64,000 bases of DNA from SAR86 cluster bacterium (GTDB lineage Bacteria; Pseudomonadota; Gammaproteobacteria; Magnimaribacterales; Magnimaribacteraceae), in contig JAKUUL010000001.1 of assembly GCA_022447025.1 (NCBI GenBank), forward strand, positions 17,515 to 81,514. Direction: 5' to 3'. Below the pieces are notes generated by a model that searched no databases, was not told where the DNA came from, and saw only the letters and a program-made list of their open reading frames with translations. How positions within the stretch are numbered: the stretch's first letter is position 1; each line of letters begins with the position of its first letter. Position numbers and translations under genes: made by a program. This document shows positions 58,736-64,000 of the stretch, piece after piece.

Positions 58736-59596
58736 ATGACTAGTAAGTTAATTGGGTTAGGAAAGCTTATACGGCTTGAAAAGCCTATTGGAACTTTTTT
58801 GCTTCTATGGCCAACTTTAAGTGCTTTTATGATTTTGAAGGATGGTTCGCCCACTCTGAAACTCGTGATTATTTTCTGTATTGGAACCTTTTTAATGCGT
58901 TCAGCTGGTTGTGTTATTAATGATTTTTTTGATAAAGATTTTGATGGCAAGGTAGAGAGGACTAAAGAGAGGCCAATTGTAACTGGTGAGGTAAGTAGCC
59001 TTGAGGCAATGATCCTCTTTTTTATTTTAATAAGCCTTTCTGCATTTCTATTACTTTGGACGAATAAACTTACTATTCTTATTGCGAGCATGGGTCTACT
59101 AATTGCAGTCTTCTATCCTCTAACAAAAAGATTTTTTAAAGTCCCTCAGTTTTTTTTGGGATTGGCGTTTTCCTGGGGAATACTAATGGTTTCAGCTGCA
59201 GAGTTAGACAGGATCTCTTCTACATCTTTAATTATGTTTTCAGCATGCTTTTTTTGGATATTAGCCTATGACACAGCTTATGCTATGAGTGATAAAGAAG
59301 GAGATCTATCCATTGGTCTTAATTCTTCTGCCATAACATTTGGAAAGCACTCACCAACCTTAATAGTTGTATTCCATTTGATATCTCTTTCTCTTTGGAG
59401 TCTCTGTGCTTTACTAGAAAAAATGAGTCCAATTTTTTATTTAAGTATTTTTGTTTGTCTGGGACTAGTTTTTATGCAATTTCTTCTTGTTAGAAATGAA
59501 GAACCAGAAAAATGCCTTAAAGCCTTTAAGCAGAATAATTGGATAGGTTTTTCAATTTTAGTAGGCACAATGCTTCCCTACATTATACAAATGTGA
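58736..59596 (+). CDS. ubiA: 4-hydroxybenzoate polyprenyltransferase
   Basis: 286 aa. RLEKPIGTFLLLWP, NDFFDKDFD. Polytopic. Confidence 0.93.
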   Translation: MTSKLIGLGKLIRLEKPIGTFLLLWPTLSAFMILKDGSPTLKLVIIFCIGTFLMRSAGCVINDFFDKDFDGKVERTKERPIVTGEVSSLEAMILFFILISLSAFLLLWTNKLTILIASMGLLIAVFYPLTKRFFKVPQFFLGLAFSWGILMVSAAELDRISSTSLIMFSACFFWILAYDTAYAMSDKEGDLSIGLNSSAITFGKHSPTLIVVFHLISLSLWSLCALLEKMSPIFYLSIFVCLGLVFMQFLLVRNEEPEKCLKAFKQNNWIGFSILVGTMLPYIIQM

Positions 59597-59611
59597 ACTT
59601 ATATTAAATAA

Positions 59612-60793
59612 ATGAAAATAACCTTCATTGAATCTATTAAAAACATCGATAAATCAACTTGGGATGATTTAGTCAATTCTGACTATCCCTTTATGAAACA
59701 TTCTTTCTTGCTGTCTTTAGAAGAAAGCAGGTGTGTTGGAGAAGGAACAGGCTGGTACCCTTTTCACCTCCTTGTAAAGGAAGATGAAGATGTAATTGCA
59801 TTAATGCCTATGTACATAAAAACTGATTCACATGGAGAATTTATTTTCGACTGGTCTTGGGCTGACGCTTTCTACAGAAATGGCTTAGATTATTACCCCA
59901 AGCTAGTAAGCGCAATTCCCTTCACTCCTGCTTCAGGTCCAAGGTTATGCATTTCGGACGAAAGTAAAAGAACAGCAATAAGTGCGCTTATTAAAGAGGG
60001 ATTAGAAGAAATTTCTTCTAAACTAAAGATTTCTAGTGCTCATATTCTTTTGCCCGAAAAGAATGAACTCACAGCTTATAGTGATTCCGGATTTAGCATG
60101 AGGACCAGCTATTCATTTCATTGGTTCAACAACAACTACTCTGACTTCAATGATTTCCTTGAAGAGTTGACTTCGAGGCAGAGAAAGAATCTAAAAAAAG
60201 AAAGGTCTAAGATTTATGACCAAAAGATTCAAATGGAAAGAATTTCAGGGAAAGATATTACAAAAAAACAATGGGAGAGTTTCTTTAAGTTTTATCAACT
60301 AACTTATTTAAAACGAGGCATGCAGGCATATTTAAACCTAGAATTCTTTCATCAAATCTCTGAATGCCTTCCCGAATCAATATTATTAGTGATGGCTAAG
60401 GAAACTGAAACAGGAGACTACGTAGCTGGTGCCTTAAACTTTTGTGACTCGAAGAATCTCTATGGAAGATATTGGGGTTGTCTTGAAGAATACGACTCTT
60501 TGCATTTTGAAACTTGTTACTATCAGGGAATAGAACACTGTATAGAGCTAAAGTTAAATAAATTTGATCCTGGGGTTCAAGGAGAGCACAAGATTAAAAG
60601 AGGATTTCAACCAGTTGAAACTTACTCGTCCCATTGGATAAAAGATGAAAGATTTAAAAAAGCTATTGATGATTTCTTGGTAAGGGAAAGAGAACATGTC
60701 TTGGAATATAACGAGAGATGCAAATCTCTCTTACCCTTTAAAAGTTCAGTAATTAATGAACTCTATCCTGATGAAGCAAGAATTAAACTCTAG
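59612..60793 (+). CDS. DUF482 / FemAB-like GNAT-fold protein
   Basis: 393 aa. Family-typical YPFMKHSFL..LE.S..V....GW.P.HL and GRYWG.. motifs as I remember them. Confidence 0.7.
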   Translation: MKITFIESIKNIDKSTWDDLVNSDYPFMKHSFLLSLEESRCVGEGTGWYPFHLLVKEDEDVIALMPMYIKTDSHGEFIFDWSWADAFYRNGLDYYPKLVSAIPFTPASGPRLCISDESKRTAISALIKEGLEEISSKLKISSAHILLPEKNELTAYSDSGFSMRTSYSFHWFNNNYSDFNDFLEELTSRQRKNLKKERSKIYDQKIQMERISGKDITKKQWESFFKFYQLTYLKRGMQAYLNLEFFHQISECLPESILLVMAKETETGDYVAGALNFCDSKNLYGRYWGCLEEYDSLHFETCYYQGIEHCIELKLNKFDPGVQGEHKIKRGFQPVETYSSHWIKDERFKKAIDDFLVREREHVLEYNERCKSLLPFKSSVINELYPDEARIKL

Positions 60794-61385
60794 TTCTCTT
60801 AAAGAAGGGCTTCAATTTTTATGTGATAACGATCCTGAATTAAAAGCACTAGTAAAAAAAAGAAAGGGTCAAATAACCTTATTTAAAAGGCCTTCAGGAT
60901 TTGAGGGGTTGATAAATCTTATTGTGGAACAACAGCTTTCTGTTGCTTCAGCTAAAGCTATCTTTGGAAGATTAAAACAATCTATTACTCCATTTTCTGC
61001 AAAGGCATTCATTAAAACTGATGAAAAGGTTTATAGGGAAGCGGGCCTTAGTTTTCAAAAAATTAATTACTGTGTTGGCATTGCAAAAGCATGCCTTTCA
61101 GGAGATCTTAATTTTGATTCACTAGAACTGATGTCAAATGAAGAGGTAATAATTGAATTAACTAAGTTTAAAGGAATTGGAGAGTGGACAGCACAGTGTT
61201 ACTTGCTTGGATGTATGTCTAGGAAGGATGCTTGGCCTTCTTCAGACCTGGGATTACAGGTTGCCATACAAAGACTAAAAGGTCTAAAAACTAGACCTCA
61301 AAAGTTGACAACAGAAGAAGTTGCTGAATCTTGGAAACCCTTTAGATCGATAGCTGCGTTAATATTATGGTCATCTTATGACTAA
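60756..61385 (+). CDS. HhH-GPD DNA glycosylase (AlkA-like 3-methyladenine glycosylase II family)
   Basis: 209 aa. HhH LTKFKGIGEWTAQCYLL, catalytic Asp in WPSSDLGLQ. Start uncertain (ATG 60756 or 60771); either overlaps the upstream gene. Confidence 0.8.
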   Translation: MNSILMKQELNSSSLKEGLQFLCDNDPELKALVKKRKGQITLFKRPSGFEGLINLIVEQQLSVASAKAIFGRLKQSITPFSAKAFIKTDEKVYREAGLSFQKINYCVGIAKACLSGDLNFDSLELMSNEEVIIELTKFKGIGEWTAQCYLLGCMSRKDAWPSSDLGLQVAIQRLKGLKTRPQKLTTEEVAESWKPFRSIAALILWSSYD

Positions 61386-61854
61386 TAAAAATAACTTAGG
61401 AGTAACATTAAGAAGAAAGCCAAAGACTAATCTTAAGGGCCTTCTATTTTTATATGAGAAGAACTTTACGCTTATAAAAGAGATTATTCCTAGTTATGAG
61501 AAAAACCTTAACTTGTCTTATCTGCTTCCAGAAGGCGACCTTAACTCAAGAGTAACTCTAGAGTTAAATAAAGATTCTAGATATACATCTACATTGGTTA
61601 TAAAACAATCAGGATTCGCAACTAAGGAAATGATTGCGACTGAAATTGTTGTAGCCATTTACCATGACATAAGGATGGCAGAGGTAAGAAAATTTAATGG
61701 AAAGCAATTATTTTGGGCAAGAAATAAATACCCCAACACAAATATGTTTCATAAAGACGAAAAATATCAATGGAATAAGTTCTTCTCTGAGTGGTTAATT
61801 TTTTCTAAAAAAGAAGGTTTAGCAGAAAAAGTAGTTCCTATTAATGCACCTTGA
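61378..61854 (+). CDS. DUF1249-family protein (YqiB-like)
   Basis: 158 aa. 8-nt overlap with the upstream gene. Family call from memory of YqiB-like sequences (LYE.NF.L, ...VRLYHDA-type core seen here as VAIYHDIRMAEV). Confidence 0.6.
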   Translation: MTNKNNLGVTLRRKPKTNLKGLLFLYEKNFTLIKEIIPSYEKNLNLSYLLPEGDLNSRVTLELNKDSRYTSTLVIKQSGFATKEMIATEIVVAIYHDIRMAEVRKFNGKQLFWARNKYPNTNMFHKDEKYQWNKFFSEWLIFSKKEGLAEKVVPINAP

Positions 61855-61861
61855 TAGTGCA
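61845..61861. promoter_or_regulatory. NtrC-type binding-site candidate (TGCACCT-tga-TAGTGCA)
   Basis: 12 of 14 matches to the enteric NtrC dyad TGCACCA-N3-TGGTGCA with correct spacing. Spans the DUF1249 stop codon, 110 nt upstream of the GSII ATG. Further GTGCA/TGCAC half-sites lie at 61876-61889. Confidence 0.35.
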
Positions 61862-61905
61862 TATGCTTTTATATAGTGCATTTTGCACTCTATACTAACT
61901 TTAAG

Positions 61906-61928
61906 AGCCCTGTACTAGGGCTTTTTTT
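61906..61928 (+). terminator. rho-independent terminator-like hairpin (AGCCCT-gtact-AGGGCT + T7)
   Basis: 6-bp GC-rich stem, 5-nt loop and a run of seven T. Lies between the DUF1249 gene and the GSII gene. Confidence 0.55.
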
Positions 61929-61971
61929 ATGATATTATTTCATTTCATTCTTATCTACGGAGAAAATTAAA

Positions 61972-62949
61972 ATGTCAGAAACAAAAATCTATGAATATGT
62001 TTGGCTTGATGGATATCAACCAGAACCTTCTATCAGAAGTAAAATTAAAACAACTACAGATGACACACCCCCAGAGTGGTCCTTTGATGGTTCTTCAACT
62101 CAACAAGCAGAGGGAGCGAGTTCAGATTGTTTACTGCTTCCAGTAAATACTTACGATTGTCCTTTATTTGCTGATTATCTTGTTATGTGTCAAGTAGAAA
62201 CGGGAGAGCATGAAACCCATCCCTCTAATACCAGGGCTGCTGCAGAAAAAATATTAAGCGACGAATGGTGGTTTGGATTTGAGCAAGAGTATTTCTTTAC
62301 TAATAAAGATGGAAGTCCTTTGGGTTGGGAAGATGGCACGCCAAGACCACAGGGCGACTACTATTGTGGTGTTGGAGCAGATAATGTTCAAGGAAGAGAA
62401 ATCTCTGAAGCTCATCTAGAGGCTTGTATTGATGCAGGAATTGAACTTACAGGAACAAATGCCGAGGTAGCATTAGGACAATGGGAATATCAATGCTTTG
62501 GTAAAGGTGTGAAAGCCGGAGATGATCTTTGGATAAGTAGATATTTGCTATACAAGATTGCTGAAGATTTTGGAGTTGGCGTCAACCTTCATCCTAAACC
62601 AAAGAGTGGTGACTGGAATGGCTCTGGAATGCATACAAATTTTTCTAATGAAGAAATGAGAACAAATGGTTCAGAAAATCTTTTTACGTCAATGTGTGAA
62701 AAACTTGGAGAAGTCCACGAGGAAGGTATTGCTAATTATGGTTCGGATAATGATCAAAGACTAACGGGCCTTCATGAAACACAAAATATTTCTGAATTCT
62801 CATATGGTATTAGTGATAGAGGAGCAAGTATTCGTATTCCCATTTACACTCTTGAACATGACTGGAATGGTTACTTGGAAGACAGGCGACCAGCTTCAAA
62901 TGCAGATCCTTACAAGATCATTGCTCATATAGTGGGAACTTTAACTTAA
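61972..62949 (+). CDS. glnII: glutamine synthetase type II (eukaryote-like GSII)
   Basis: 325 aa. FGFEQEYF, NAEVALGQWEYQ, HPKPKSGDWNGSGMHTNFS, RLTGLHET, RGASIRIP, YLEDRRPASNADPY are GSII signatures, not GSI. RBS ggag 9 nt upstream. Confidence 0.93.
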   Translation: MSETKIYEYVWLDGYQPEPSIRSKIKTTTDDTPPEWSFDGSSTQQAEGASSDCLLLPVNTYDCPLFADYLVMCQVETGEHETHPSNTRAAAEKILSDEWWFGFEQEYFFTNKDGSPLGWEDGTPRPQGDYYCGVGADNVQGREISEAHLEACIDAGIELTGTNAEVALGQWEYQCFGKGVKAGDDLWISRYLLYKIAEDFGVGVNLHPKPKSGDWNGSGMHTNFSNEEMRTNGSENLFTSMCEKLGEVHEEGIANYGSDNDQRLTGLHETQNISEFSYGISDRGASIRIPIYTLEHDWNGYLEDRRPASNADPYKIIAHIVGTLT

Positions 62950-63003
62950 ATGCTTTTAATAACTAAAAATTTTAAGTTGAACTGTTACTTTAAAGAATAA
63001 AAA

Positions 63004-63029
63004 AAGGGGAGAACACCTTCCCCTTTTTT
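63004..63029 (+). terminator. rho-independent terminator after the GSII gene
   Basis: AAGGGGA-gaacacct-TCCCCTT followed by TTTT, preceded by an A-run. 55 nt after the stop and 13 nt before the ntrB ATG. Confidence 0.7.
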
Positions 63030-63041
63030 CTTAAAGAGTCC

Positions 63042-64000
63042 ATGGAAAAATTAGATAGACGTTACCTGGATGAATTAAAAACCGGGGTTCTGCTTTTAGA
63101 CAGATTTTTAAAAATTATATATCTAAATCCTTCTGCTCAATCATTATTAGATACTAGTTTTAAATCTTCTAAACACAAAAAGCTCAAAGAATTATTCTTT
63201 GAGGAGTCAGAAGACTTTGACAGCTTTCTAGAAAATCTTAATAACAAAACAACTTTTTCAAAAGTTGATGTCCTTTTATTTATTAAGGGCGGAAAGAAAC
63301 TGTTATGTGATTACCATATCCAACCATTTGAAGATGAGTTAATTGGCGAAGGCTTTATTTTGGAGATTATAAATAAAGACTACTCTCATGAAGTCCGCGA
63401 AAGTCTCAGATCTCAAGCCAATCAAGAAGTGACCTCTGCTTTTATTAAAGGTCTTGCTCATGAGATCAAGAATCCTTTAAGTGGTATTAGAGGTGCAGCT
63501 CAATTATTAAGTCAAAAACTGCCAAAAGAACATTTGGGAGAATACACAGAAATGATAATTAACCAAACCGACAGGCTTTCTTCATTAGTTGATGACATTC
63601 TTGGTCCAAATAGGAAGCCTGCTTTTGAAATGCAGAACATTCATGCACCTTTAGAAAATGTTATAACTTTGTTAAAACAAAACTTAAGTGAAAACGGTAT
63701 TAATTTGCTTAAAGACTATGACCCAAGCATCCCAGAAATTTATATAGATATTTATTTATTGGAACAAAGTATCTTAAATCTAGTTAACAATGCCAGGGAT
63801 TCTTTGATAGAAGGAGAAGTGCTATCTCCAGAGATAAAGATTATAACAAGAGTTCTTCATCAAGAATTACTTGGAGAAACTCAACACAAAACAGTTTGTA
63901 GAGTCTCTGTGATTGATAATGGGCCTGGAATACCCGAAGATCTTAAGGATTCAGTATTTTTTCCCATGATATCTTCAAAGTCTGAAGGGTCAGGCTTGGG
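63042..64000 (+). CDS. ntrB: nitrogen-regulation sensor histidine kinase NtrB (GlnL), C-terminus beyond right window edge
   Basis: Own translation MEKLDRRYLDELKTGVLLLD... PAS-like N-domain. H-box GLAHEIKNPLSGIRGAAQLL is nearly identical to E. coli NtrB. N-box LNLVNNA, G-box DNGPGIP, FFPMISSKSEGSGLG. Open to nt 64000. Confidence 0.9.
   Translation, partial: MEKLDRRYLDELKTGVLLLDRFLKIIYLNPSAQSLLDTSFKSSKHKKLKELFFEESEDFDSFLENLNNKTTFSKVDVLLFIKGGKKLLCDYHIQPFEDELIGEGFILEIINKDYSHEVRESLRSQANQEVTSAFIKGLAHEIKNPLSGIRGAAQLLSQKLPKEHLGEYTEMIINQTDRLSSLVDDILGPNRKPAFEMQNIHAPLENVITLLKQNLSENGINLLKDYDPSIPEIYIDIYLLEQSILNLVNNARDSLIEGEVLSPEIKIITRVLHQELLGETQHKTVCRVSVIDNGPGIPEDLKDSVFFPMISSKSEGSGL

Noticed and set aside
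58717-59091. 124-aa minus-strand ORF overlapping the ubiA 5' half
   Set aside because: It is antisense to a clear UbiA prenyltransferase carrying the NDFFDKDFD motif, and it has no features of its own.
61862-61971. Glutamine riboswitch (glnA RNA motif) or a sigma-54 -24/-12 promoter upstream of the GSII gene
   Set aside because: I found no GG-N10-GC element. I also found none of the conserved G/C-rich segments I remember for the glnA motif (CGUUCA..GGAAGUAGG..AAGGAACG). The region is almost entirely A/T apart from the terminator-like hairpin.
1-64000. Window-wide scan by eye for CRISPR repeats, IS or transposase genes, integrases, prophage genes, toxin-antitoxin pairs, restriction-modification or other defence genes, and rRNA or large ncRNA genes
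   Set aside because: None was found. Every gap over 60 nt is a short promoter or terminator spacer. All ORFs over 60 aa outside shadows have metabolic, housekeeping or transporter-like assignments. A repeat search by computer (self dot-plot, minced, ISEScan) would be needed to exclude short dispersed repeats that I cannot see by eye.

Overview
This is an AT-rich, very gene-dense chromosomal segment with about 75 protein genes and one tRNA. Most spacers are under 100 nt, and many start/stop overlaps are 1-8 nt. The gene order matches core neighbourhoods I remember from Pseudomonas-type Gammaproteobacteria: rpoD-dnaG, tsaD-folB-folK, lptD-surA-pdxA-rsmA-apaH, amgK-murU, gmk-rpoZ-spoT-ridA-recG and fis-purH-purD. 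I infer a streamlined marine gammaproteobacterium, possibly SAR86-like; this was not tested.

Most of the content is housekeeping:
- sigma-70 and primase
- glutathione synthetase
- purine, tryptophan, folate, riboflavin, pyrimidine and ubiquinone genes
- LPS transport
- tRNA and rRNA modification
- the stringent response
- recG
- a membrane pyrophosphatase
- a type II glutamine synthetase followed by ntrB

I found no CRISPR array, transposase, integrase, phage gene, toxin-antitoxin pair or recognisable defence gene, and no large non-coding gap. I therefore cannot point to a discrete novel system of that kind.

The most accessory-looking part is 1-10.4 kb. It holds amidohydrolase, O-methyltransferase, GH5-like, SDR, 2H-phosphoesterase, TauD, PhyH and secreted PHP phosphodiesterase genes, bracketed by two DUF1330 paralogs, on the 3' side of a tRNA gene. 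Its tightly coupled modules are my best candidates for an uncharacterised pathway.

Other points worth a second look:
- an unlisted 54-aa rubredoxin gene, ATGA-coupled to a symporter
- a membrane PPase whose signature residues suggest Na+ rather than H+ pumping
- a eukaryote-type GSII in the glnA slot upstream of ntrB, with an NtrC-like box
- a macromolecular-synthesis operon split by an apparent ~28 kb inversion
- a CCA-adding enzyme without the HD motif
- a periplasmic amidohydrolase pair in which one member lacks the HxH metal site
- a split MaoC hot-dog pair with a kinase and an MFS transporter

All family assignments come from motifs I read in the translations and from memory. No searches were run.
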